Shown one piece after another: positions 26,801-38,014 of a stretch of DNA of 64,000 nt (the stretch's first letter is position 1; each line of letters opens with the position of its first letter). The translations under genes were made by a program, and so were the position numbers. This DNA comes from Entomortierella parvispora E1425 (Eukaryota > Fungi > Mortierellomycota). Below the pieces are notes generated by a model that saw only the letters and a list, made by a program, of their open reading frames with translations, was not told where the DNA came from and did not search any database. The stretch is from contig BQFW01000007.1 of assembly GCA_020891255.1 (NCBI GenBank), positions 124,001 through 188,000 on the forward strand, in the 5' to 3' direction.

Positions 26801-29593
26801 GGTGAACTTGATGCATCCCCCTTCCTCGACCAAATCCAGGACAGCTGTACATGGCAGATGTTCAAGCTCTCTCTCGTGGATAGCGCAAAATTGGCTCTCG
26901 GGTGTGTCCGACATGTCGATACGCGTTTCGCCTGTGACGTAATCAACAGGTCCATTAACTTTTGGTCGCCGCACCCACCGACAGTCAGGAGCTGGGCATC
27001 GCAGAATACCAAGGCACTTTTTGTGGATTTTGATCATTGACCCATCAGATTTGATATTGCGCCGGTAAACTTGAGTCGCCCAGCCTACACTCCGAGCGAG
27101 TAAAATGGTGTCATAGTCCTGGACATTGCGCTTAAACTTGATGTTTCCATTTGGGAACTCGTCGCTTGACTCGAGGCTTCTACAATTCGTTTTTTTAAAA
27201 AAAAAAAGTTAGCAGACAGACTATAGCCCCGAGAGGAACGAGATGAGATGCAGTAGTATCCATACCCTCTGCTATTTTCTGAGGAAGCTGCCTCTCTCGA
27301 GGACTTTAGTTTCTGCTCGTCAGCAGGCGTAGCACCGACATGCAGCCTAAAAAAGACAAGAATCTGAATAAATACCAGGGAACGTACGAGAACGACACAG
27401 AAAAAAGACGACAGGGATCAACATAAAACGTCATCAAGTGGCGAACATACCCAGTTGAGGGAGACTTAACCACATTCGCAAATACATCATCAGGAGTATC
27501 AGAAGTATGAGAAGTACCGGAAGTATCTCTTGTAGTAGGAGCAGGCGCCACGCTTGGTGAGTCCTCAGCACCGACCCCATCACTTTTAGCGAGGAAGGAA
27601 GCGCCGGGGGTATCTTTGAACGAATACCTGACAGAAATTGTAGGTCTAGCATATAAAACATAGGAGTATGGCGGTTAGGACCACTAGCAATCGATCCTCA
27701 CCATGGCTTGGGATCAAGGAACTGTCGTCGACGTTCAAAAAAAAAAAAAAAAAAAACTTACAGGTCATCTGGAATAACGATAGGGTTATTTGAGCTATAA
27801 AAGAAAGAGAGATTAGATCGAAAGAAAAAAGGAACACACCAAAGTCAATTGAACTTCTGATCATCATACCTGGAGCAGGGTTTTCTCACTTCATGACGAG
27901 AGCCGGGGTAATAACAGACAAACGGATCAGCAACTGGATGACCAGCAAAAGAGACGCCAGCAAGATGACCAGCAAATGGGCCTGCAAGACCTGCATATGG
28001 ACCAGCATCAGGGTGTCCAACATATGGACCAGCAAATGGATGACCAGCAAATCGACGACCATCAAGTGGACCAGCAACAGGAAGCTTGGCAATCGGACCA
28101 ATAAAAGGGCCAGAAACAGGACGAGAAACAGGAAGCGGGCTATACACAGTAGAATACGTCAGCTTTCAGATATATGAAGGAAGGATGACAGTGCTTATGG
28201 GATGAAAGCCCTTACCCAGAATATGATCTTCTTAATCCATTAGGATGTAAGGTCATAGGTTTGGCCGCAGGAGTGGATGCCGTGTCAATTGCGAACTTGG
28301 TGCAAGTAGCAGGTTTGACAGATGCGACGACTGGGAGGGCAGGCGCCACAGGCGCGGCAATCAGGGGGGTGGGCACCACAGGTGCGGCAATTGGGGGGGT
28401 AGGCACCACAGGCGCAGCAATCGGGGGGTGGGCACCACAGGCGCGGTATTTACGGTCTTATCGAGCGCTGAAGGTGTGCTAAACGGGGAAACAGACCTGG
28501 CAACTGGGGGAAACAGACCTGGCAACTGGGGGAAATAGACCGCGCAATTGACGGGGCAGACACACAAGCTCCGGTCTTGGCAAGTGTAGCAGGTGCAGCA
28601 ACTGGGGAGGGGGAGAGCCTTTTCGAAAACTTTGCCACAAGTCTAGACAGAAAAGAAAAGCGGGATCAAAGGCGAAATAATGAGTAAATTAGCAAGGAAA
28701 GCGTTCATTTCGAGATTTTAGAACTGAACATACCCATGCCCAGATCTGGTTGTCGTCAAGGTAAGTTTAGTGCTCGTGTTTGAAATTTCTCTGTCTGCGA
28801 GGAGGGTAACAGCGTCAGTCTTACGAAAAGCGGCTGCTTCGCGGTAGCTTCGTTGAAAATGGCAAATAATAGACAAGTGGGTGAAACAGATGGTCAGTTT
28901 GATATCGAAAGTTGAGCTTGATATGAAAAGAACAAAGGTCGGTCACTAGTTGGTACCTTAGTCGCGAACCGTCCTTTTCGCGACAGACCTTAGAGTCACT
29001 ATTAACCGTTTACGCAAAAAAAAAAAAAAAAAAAAAAAAAGACAGGCTAGACGTTAATATGATGATCGTACAAATCAGTAACAAGACAAGTAGAAACATA
29101 CGGAGACTCATCGTCGCTCTCGATGGTGATGACATCTTGATGCTTGACGCGCGTTCTACGTTTTGAATAGGAAGAATCTCAGTAGACTGCCACAAGGAGG
29201 AATGGCTTCAAAAGTTCAGCTGATGTTTACTTACTCTTCTTTCGACGCAAACTCGGGAAAACCCTCCGAAGAAGAAGAGGAAGAAGGGGTGGAGAGACGG
29301 CGATTTGGATTTGCCCAGCTCAGGAACTCTTCTTCTGAAGTAGAAATTGACGGAGGAAGGGCGAGAAGGCGTCTCGCCCTCTTCGCGGTTCGAGGCTTCT
29401 GGGGGCTTCTTCCCAGAGGCGATGGGGAGGGTGCCCTCTTGCTCTCTCGATCCCCACCTTGATCAGCAATACGGTTGATTAGAGGGAGAAGTTCTCTAAG
29501 TTTATCGGGATTGATTTTGGCGTCCTTCACCATTGAAGCGACTCGCAACGCGAGATCCATATCTTCGATGGAGTAGAGGGGGTTTCTGCTCAT
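23875..29593 (-). CDS. MULE transposase polyprotein: low-complexity N-terminal exons (uncertain), GCM domain, DDE core, USP-like cysteine protease, PARP-type zinc finger; three 1-bp homopolymer frameshifts
   Basis: GCM: DEFPNGNIKF..GWATQ..KKCLGILRC..C..RP..C..H..C..FTHRGYHTH. DDE: STDSIH, TCDFADAE, YCIVHY, TNAQES. Protease: ENSCPVD and THF..VYDG. Zinc finger: CGAC..YHFNHSC. The core from 27183 to 23875 is well supported; the upstream exons to 29593 are inferred from splice signals only. Confidence 0.8.
27850..28650 (-). repeat. Degenerate coding tandem repeats inside the MULE (AGP/AGH-rich and PVVPTP.IAA-rich units)
   Basis: Repeated ggaccagca-like units at 27930-28100, and ggcaccacagg.gc.gcaat units plus a cagacctggcaactggggg duplication at 28340-28540. 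Confidence 0.7.
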
Positions 29594-30171
29594 TGTGAAG
29601 GAAGGTGTATTGGAATGAGCTAATGAGGGTAGAGTTGAAGGGTGATGAAGAAATGAGAGAAGAAAAAAGATATCAGCAAGTTGGCGCCTTCTTCAATTTG
29701 GGCAGTTCTTCCTGGCGGCGAGGCAGCAGCAGTCGTCCGGCCGGAGCTTAATTCCGGTACTGTTTGATGTGAGCATCACTTGAGAACAAATCAAAGGCCA
29801 GAAAGTGAGCAGCACTAAAGTGTATACGTACAGTACAGTAGTAGCTGAAAGGCGGGGCTTTATTTCGCGTTACTCCGTCCATCCGGGAACCAACCCAATG
29901 ACCAATGGCATGACTGTAGACTGAAAGGATACCAAAAGGAGCAGTTCCGGGACCCCACCTGTGCTCACCGCGTCCAGTCTAGAAATCGCTCATTAGGATT
30001 TTTCACAGGGTTGCAAACGAACGGGAGCCATTGGCACGTGCCGTAAAGGGGGCCTCGTTTGAACTTCCGTGCTGGCATGGGAAGAAATGCCAGTTAGTAG
30101 GCAAATCACAGGACGGCATGGGCATGAGTCATATCTCTCTAGAGTACTCTCTAGGTTGTACGTTGAAGCAC

Positions 30172-31008
30172 TTACTGCAAAAGCTGTGATAACTGGATAA
30201 CCTTCTGGGAAAGGTCGTATATCGCGTCAGACATGGCTGTAAGTTGCTCTCCGATGTATGGCGACAGACTATCTAAACGAAGTTGACTTCTATCCGTTTC
30301 GCTTCCCAACCCCGCTAAGGCCGGCCGTGAACTACCAGATTGCTGAGAGACGAGATCTAGCTTTATCCGTTTGGCCGACCTATCCGCGAGGGTGGTTGAT
30401 ATGGCACCATATTCTACTGACCGTGACCTTGACCTTGACCTTGACCGTGATAGTGACCGTGACCGTGACCGTGATTGAGCGTTTTTCTCTTCGTCTTCCG
30501 CTCTATCCTCTTGCTGTTCATTTCCCCCTGCTCTGTACATTTCGCCACTGCGTTTGTACGTCGGAAAAGCACGACGGAAATAGGTTGCACTCAGCTCAGA
30601 AAGCTCCTTGACCCAATTGAAGAGGATAGTTGGCTCGAACGCGTATTCCCTCCCGATGTTCCTGCTGATATATTGGTAATCGGCATACTTCTTCAAAAGT
30701 AGGTCGTACATGGACCAATAAGCTTGTCCTGTCACTCCCTGAAAAACTGGCTCTTGATGCCCTAGGTCGTGGGCCCAATCTCTGAACAGGTACCCATCTC
30801 GAGAAGGCCGGAATAATTCTTTTTTATCTTTCCCGGGTAGGTTGTCCAAAAGTTCCCGGAATCTCCTGACAAGGAACACTACAGCGACCAGAATGTATGC
30901 CTGGTTCTGGCCGTTACATTTCGGTCGCAGAAGACGGAATCTTGGGGAACTGTGCTTGGGATTGACTTTCCCTACGTTATCCCCTTGCCATAGAAAGACC
31001 CCTGCCAC
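30172..31008 (-). CDS. Second MULE-borne ORF: possible Myb/SANT-like helical domain, SR dipeptide tract and C-terminal coiled segment
   Basis: 278-aa ORF inside the TIRs, with an aromatic-spaced helical region (LF..RDWAHDL..VTGQAYWSMYDLLLKKY), a (gaccgt/gacctt)n tract encoding SRSRSR, and an amphipathic C-terminus. The domain call is tentative. Confidence 0.5.
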   Translation of the reverse strand: MAGVFLWQGDNVGKVNPKHSSPRFRLLRPKCNGQNQAYILVAVVFLVRRFRELLDNLPGKDKKELFRPSRDGYLFRDWAHDLGHQEPVFQGVTGQAYWSMYDLLLKKYADYQYISRNIGREYAFEPTILFNWVKELSELSATYFRRAFPTYKRSGEMYRAGGNEQQEDRAEDEEKNAQSRSRSRSLSRSRSRSRSRSVEYGAISTTLADRSAKRIKLDLVSQQSGSSRPALAGLGSETDRSQLRLDSLSPYIGEQLTAMSDAIYDLSQKVIQLSQLLQ

Positions 31009-32719
31009 AACATAACAACCTCATGTTAAGAAGGTGTCTAGTTTCTCATACAACTCGGACAAATAAAAGAACCAGCTATGTACCTCTTTTTCCTTCAACT
31101 AGATCGGCTGCATTGGGAGGGTCCCTGAAAAAGTTAAAGAGATCCCTGTAATCCTGGAGGTGAGTGCTGGGAATTCTTCATGAATTAATGTGATGTGGAC
31201 GGGGAATTGAGGATGGAATGGCAATTTGGGCGAAGCTTGTGATGAAACAATAGAGGATAAGCCACTATATGTCACGTGTGATGTGTAGTGTGTGCACGTG
31301 ATTGGTGGTATAATTCATAATAAGAAATTATTCATTTGTGTCCAAAGTTGGTTTTGCTCTTGTGGATGCAGCAGCACATTTTTTTCCACGAGATCCTAGG
31401 ATCAACGCACAGATTGGCCTATATCTTTTTTTTTTTTTTTTTGCAGACTAACGAGTCTGCCCAGGGCAGATGCCACTGGTGTAGCATTCTGCAACGGAAA
31501 GACAGGAAGGACGATAGATTTTTTTGTTTTACTGTCAAAAAAGTCTTCCCCAGGCAATACTGATGTGTCGATTCTCGATCAGGACCGAAAGGGGGGCGAC
31601 AACAGTTGACCTTAGTTAGCCAAAGACAGGCGGAGGAAGATATAGTCCCACGCCGTGCAGGGGTTGTGCCTGTGGTATACGCCCTGGGTTATGGCGCCAG
31701 TAGGTCTGGAATCGAGGAAGGAGTCAAGCGGCAGAGGAGGAAGACTATGCATGGCAATGTTTTTTTTTTTTGTCATGGTATCCTGATATCCTGATATTCG
31801 CGCTTTTACTCTCGCACAAACTTCCCAAAGACACTACACAATGAATGAGGGCAGCAGTCGGCTCCCCAGTGATTTTGGCGAGCCTCCTTCCGTAGGCTTA
31901 CTGTAGATCTGGTTTCTAGCCCTCATGGCGCCTCTATTTCGAGGATACACTGGCTGCTGCTTGCAACCCGTCACATTGCGCAAATAGCCGTAGCATCGAA
32001 GTCTTCTCGCTGTTGCCAATGATTCTCCCCTCCTTTTCATCTCATTCTCTCTTCTATTTTTCTATTGTGGCCTGCAGTGGGTTGTTTGGTTGGCATCCTG
32101 TAATCGCAATAACGGGTTGATGTGATCGAGTGGCATGATGAAGAGGTACAGGTTCTGCATGTATCAGCCTCACTGTCACAGTCGGATACGCAGAGGAGAG
32201 ATGGTGGAAGGGAAAGGGTCATATAATCACTACGAGGATTAATGTGGTATGTGAGAGCTACAGGCTGAGGAAGGGCAAGGGGGTTTATACTACAAGGTAG
32301 ACGAGATCCTGTAGTGGGTATGAGCGTGGATGATGAACCTAATAGAACTGGATGGGAAGCGGTGTAACTACGATCTGGCCTGGCGATGAAATGAACCTAT
32401 GGGTGAGCAGACAACAGTGTGGCTGAAGTAGTAATGGTCAGAATGGCAGGGATTGGCGGGGGCAGAAGTCGATCGGGATTCAAGGTGCCATTTCAGTGAG
32501 CTCGAGCACAGGCCCCATTTTGTAGAGACAAGAGGAGCAACAGAACGTCAGTTTGACGTCCATGACCATTCGAAGGACAGTAAGTTTTTTTCTTTCTTGA
32601 GTAGAACACTGACAACGAGTGGCTGCCAGTGCCTCTTGGGAAACCACAGCACAGACCAATCCAGCAGACAAAGAGGTTGATTCTATTTTCAGAGTTTTTT
32701 TTTTTTTGAGCAATGGTCA

Positions 32720-32802
32720 ATTCTATTTTCAGACGCAACGTTCATTCTCAGACGTAAGGTTCATAACTCTATACAGAAATCAACAGTAAAATCGTGTGAC
32801 CC
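32720..32802 (-). repeat. MULE right TIR
   Basis: Inverted match to 23450-23532. Confidence 0.92.
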
Positions 32803-34078
32803 ACAGTTTATTGCGCTCAGAGCAAGCAGCTCTTTTTTGGCATTTCTTTGGTCACAAGGCTAGAGAATCTTTCCTCTTTCTGACGAAAAATGAGCAAAGA
32901 TAAACATGGCCAGGGAGGGCGAGTAACGCCTGGTAAGCTTCCTCTGAGTTTATCCGCTCTGGGGCGTGAACGCCCTGGTACTTTTGTTCGACTTTGGCAT
33001 TCAGCAAAGCAGGGCAAGGAGTCAGCAGTCCTTTTCCTTTTTTTTTTTTTCTTTTTTTTTTTTTTGGGAGCCGAGAGTAAAGAAAAAAAAACAATCGTCT
33101 TTCCACACTTTAGACTGCTCTTGGATCACAAGGACTTTGCCCACACTCGTAGAGTTGAAAGATCGGGGAGACTGATTCCTGTAAAAGGCTGCCAACTGCT
33201 GCCAACTGTCCAGTGCCAATGGCATAGCGCCCTTGGTCCTGACACTCTAGTCATTAGTCATTGTCTTTGTTCTAGCCGCTATATCTGTGGGCGTCGACGT
33301 CCACATTAATTACCATGGCATAGAAGCCCACATCCGCACTGACCTTGCCCTTGCGTACAGTGAAAGGGGGCATAGTTCTTGATTCCCGGAACACGGGCAG
33401 TTGGCGGAATGCCAATGCCTTCGATAGTTTGACCTAATCATCGGTCCCTGAATGTATCAGTGGGGATGCCCCTTGGAAGTCTTCTGGATCGAGTGCCGAT
33501 GCTACTGATGACGTGATATTGCCACTCTTATCCTTTGAACTGACGCGTCAATGAGGGGCTCGGTGGCAGACTCTGACGCAGTCGTCTTGCCAAGTACCAA
33601 GGGTGTCAACGACCCATTGACTTCATATTCATCCTGGAGTGCAGTGGCAAGGAGCCGTATTTTTGATTCTGACAATGGAGACTGATTGCCAGCCTGAGGC
33701 AGACTCTGCCGCTATCCTGACACACCTTCAAGCTTCAAGCGCCGCGGCAGCAAATAATCGGCATGCTGATTAAAGCAGGTTGCATTCCAAATGAAAATGC
33801 AGCCATCATCCTGATATCTTTGTCTTTGTCCTTGAGTGGTACGAGGATGTCCTGGGTTACTGACTCTGATATCGTTGACTGTCTTCTCAGAGCCAGTGTT
33901 GTTCTTGAAATGACGTTCCTGAATCCATCCAAGAGAGAGTGCATCAATGTAAAGGTGGATTGTCCTTTCTCACCATTCCTTTGTTTCGAGTCACGTGATT
34001 ATTTTACACGCGCAGCTTGAAGAAAAAAGCGCCATCGATCAGCCCTTCTCCTTTGTTGCATTGTCCCAGGAACACAAC

Positions 34079-37017
34079 ATGGTCTCCACATCCCAGCGCA
34101 TCAACAAGCGCCTCGAGAATGCGCGCAAAAAGGCTGCCAGGGACGCTCTCTACCCTGAATCAGACTCGGAGTCTGACGACGACACGCTGGAATGGCTCGG
34201 TGAACCCCTGAACAAGGACACATTTCTCAAAAGAGCTCGATCATCCGCTCAAGAAGACGAATCTAAAAAGGACGAGACCCAGTCTTCTGCATCCTCACGG
34301 AGAGCCACCCGCGGTTCTGGACTGTCCAATATCCCTTACTATAAAGGCTTCAGGAAGGGCAACGTCGACTATACTCTCGGAGATATCGTCCTGTTGGAAA
34401 ATGAGCAATATTCGCGAAAGATGGATCATCCTCATGTGGCACAGATTTTATCGCTCTGGGAAACAGAGGATGGCGATTACGAGGGCCAGTTCCGTTGGTT
34501 CCATCAGGCAGAGGATATTGAAAAGCTCAGGAGGCATCAAAAGAAGGGCAACTTTCCCGAGCGATTGGAAGAAGGCGAGATTGTGTATTCTTTGGACGAT
34601 GATCAAAACGACGTCAGCACCGTGGTCGGGAAATGTGCAGTCTTCAGTGAAGCCGACTGGCGAAAGAAATTCGGCACAACAGAGGCAGTGTTGAAGGCTG
34701 AAGAACAGAGTAGGCTTTGGTTCTGTAGGGGCATGGTCCGAAGGATGACAGGATATAGCTCAATAGAATGGAAGGGCAACGAAGCCATGATGAACTATAT
34801 CGAGCCTAAAGAAGTTCGGCCGCCAAAAGTGTCGGCAGCAACTACCCCCAAAGCGGTGACAACAACAAAGGCGAAAGAAGTGGCGGCAACCTCGACAAAA
34901 TCAAGTTCAGGAGCGTCAAAAAAGAAACGGGCCCATGACTCTTCAGGCGAATCCTCTGATAGTGGATCTGAACACGAACAAGAAGCTTCAGGATCGGTAA
35001 GCTGAAATTCATGCCCTACAAAGTGATTCTTTGTAGTCTCCTCGATTATACTGATCGCACCCTCTGCATTCCCATAGGAATCCGATCTGGAAAGTGAGGA
35101 CACAGACTTTGAAACTAAAGGCAAGAAGGCTCCTGCAAAGAAGAAGACTGCCACTGTGGCTCCCAGGAAACGGAAAGCAAATGAAAAAGCCTCAGTCCCC
35201 AGGAAAACCAAGTATGTTTTGTACTCATGGATTTTACTAGTTTGACCTCGTCTAGCTTGGAAGTGGATCCAACTAACTGGAATTTTGTTTCTCCCTACTC
35301 ATCCAGGGCGATTGTGACAAGAGCACCGACCACTCAAAGAGCAATCTCTGCGGTAGTACCGCAAACCGAGTTTGAACATGCTCGTAACCGTCTTCATGTT
35401 AAAGCCGTTCCTGATACTTTACCTTGCCGAGAGGATGAGTTCATGGAGATTCAAGAGCATCTGGAGAGTGCCATCGAAGAAGGAACAGGAAGCTGTATTT
35501 GTAAGTGCGAGGATTTCTTTTTTTTTATTGGCGCATTTTAGGTCCTACTGCATATTAATTAATCATATCTGTTTACCTAGATATCTCTGGAGTTCCAGGG
35601 ACAGGAAAGACAGCAACTGTACACGAAGTAATCCGGTCATTGCAAGCAAAGGCGGAGGAGGGCGTGAGTACTGAATCGGCTGGGGGACGACAGATGTGCT
35701 ACATGAAAGACCGTATAGCTAATATGTTGTGATGCTTAACGTTCATAGGAGATCTCTCCATTTCAGTTTGTGGAGATCAACGGCATGAAGGTCACCGAAC
35801 CGTCCTATGCCTATGTATTATTGTGGATGGCCCTCACGGACCAAAAAGTCACCGCCAATCATGCACTGCAACTATTGGAAAAGCAGTTCAGCACCCCAGG
35901 ACCACGACGGTTGCCAGTGTAAGGACTTTTGAAATATTGGCAAAAGCTTGCGTTCTGTCCCTTGGTGACCAAGCGCGTCATTTATTTTTTCTGATTTTTT
36001 CTCCACATTCTTATTCTACAGGGTTGTTCTTATGGACGAGCTTGATCTTTTAGTCACCGCAAAACAAACCGTCATGTACAACTTTTTCGAGTGGCCTAAC
36101 TGGATTCACTCTAGGCTGATTGTCGTAGCCGTTGCAAATACCATGGATTTACCCGAGCGCATGTTATCCAACAAGATCTCGAGTCGTCTCGGTATGGAAG
36201 AATGTTAGGTTGTGCTTCCAGCTTATGATTTAGGCTGTATCTTCTAACCCTATTCCACCATTTTTTAGGTCTAACAAGAATCAACTTTCAACCGTACACA
36301 TATCAGCAACTGGTGACCATTGTAGAGTCGCGTCTGGTGGGCATCAGGGCTTTCAGGAAGGAGGCTATTGAGTTTGCTGCACGAAAAGTGGGAGCCGTCT
36401 CTGGTGATGCTCGGCGTGCGCTTGATATTTGCAGGTATGTGGTCATAGGTCACCAATGCAAATCCCCTTTCTTAAAACAAAGAGCTAACGTTCTGTCGTA
36501 ATCGTTTAGACGTGCAGTTGAGATCGTGGAGGCTGCTGCTTTAAAGAAGGAAGAAGAGAGACGCCGAGCTGTAGAATTGAATCCATTTGAGGACTATGGA
36601 CCAGTGGATCCGGATCAAGTGACCATCAGGACAGTGGACCAGGCTATCAAGGAGATGTTTGCTTCACCTAATGTGCGGCTTATTCAGACGGCATCACTTC
36701 ACCAAAAGTTGTTTTTGGTAGCCCTTGTCTCCCGGTTACGACGGCGAGGACTTGCAGAAGATGAGTTCTCGGCCATTGCGCGCGCTCACCTTCAGCTTTG
36801 TCGGCTACACAATATCAAACCTCCTATTCTCAGCGATCTGTCAGCAATTTGTGCCAGTCTAGGAGCATGTCGGTGTTTGCTGGTAGAGGCTGGCAAGCAA
36901 GATATCCATCAACGTGTGCGACTGAGTGTAAGTGAAGAGGATGTGATCATGGCCCTAAAACCTGATCCACTCTTTAGACGCCTCCTGGATGCCCTACCCT
37001 CTGGCCCGACCATGTAG
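34079..37017 (+). CDS. ORC1: Origin recognition complex subunit 1 (BAH, AAA+ and winged-helix domains)
   Basis: BAH domain ([22 protein letters not shown]), [58 protein letters not shown]; multi-exon. Confidence 0.93.
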
Positions 37018-38014
37018 GGACGTCCAAGTAATAATAATAAAAAAAAGAACTAGTGTGTGGAGTCTCAATTGGGGTCTGTGAAGCTCCGGTTCTTTATGTG
37101 GTTGATAGTTGTTGCGAAAACTAGGCCGTCGCTGCGCGATGGATGAACTTTTCGCCAGCTTGGCAAGGTCATCCCAGTGTCACCTCGACTGAACTCATCA
37201 CGTGAGGCCAGGGCCTGCGGTGGGTGTACTTATTTGCCCAGGATAATCTACAGTCACTGTTTTGAAAATATTGAGCACCTGTGAATCATTTCACAGCGTT
37301 GAGTGAATGCATCCTTTGTTGCACCCCGTTTGGTTTATCTGAGTGAAGGGGGGCCCCTTGTCAATATCCAGCTGGGAGCAACCCTCATACACGCCGGTGG
37401 TGCTGGCGCAGCGTATGTCTGCTGTGTTTTCTGTCTGGCCAACATGCCCTCAAAGAAAACGATACCTGGTTGTGGAAACGGGCCAGCGGGGTGTGGTCCA
37501 CTTTTACTGATGACTACGCGGATATCAACATCCATCATCATCCATCATCGTACCCCACCTTGGTTATTATTTTGCCTCTTTTTTTCCCTTTCTCATTCCT
37601 ACTCTCTCCTCGACGTGCACTCTTGACACACCCTTCCAACGCATCCCCATCCGCAACTATCCACGCTCCTTCTCCCAAGACTCTCCCCTCACGTATCTCC
37701 CTACCTACCTGCTATTCATCAAAGATATTGTCTTGACACCGTGCAAAGGTAGGCTTTACTCGCGCTGTTTGCCTGCTCCAATCCGGAGTGAGGGAGCAAT
37801 ACACTCACACGGTTTCTGTAATAGCACCTCTCTGCCATCTCTCTGCCTCCCCTCGGCCCTTTGAAAAAGTCTACTACAAGCTACCGCCCTCGTTTGCTGC
37901 CAACACCAGGTACGTAAAGCAAGTCCCTTTGAGGCGGCTCATATCAAGGGTGCAAGAATCTGATCAGAAAGGCTTTTTTTTTTTTTTTTAATACCACAGC
38001 GTCGCTCTTCTAAA

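Larger units (their letters stand above)
23450..32802. mobile_element. Mutator-like (MULE) DNA transposon, 9,353 bp, with 83-bp imperfect TIRs and a 9-bp TSD
   Basis: TIRs at 23450-23532 and 32720-32802 (GGGT..GATTTTACTGTTGATT..GAAAATAGAAT). TSD ACAGTTTAT at 23441-23449 and 32803-32811. Encodes a DDE transposase with the MULE CxxH motif. Confidence 0.93.

Noticed and set aside
31834-32450. Short ORFs in the right part of the MULE as further cargo genes
   Set aside because: They are under 70 aa, with no motifs or splice support that I could establish.
34079-37017. CDC6 instead of ORC1
   Set aside because: The N-terminal BAH domain is diagnostic of ORC1.
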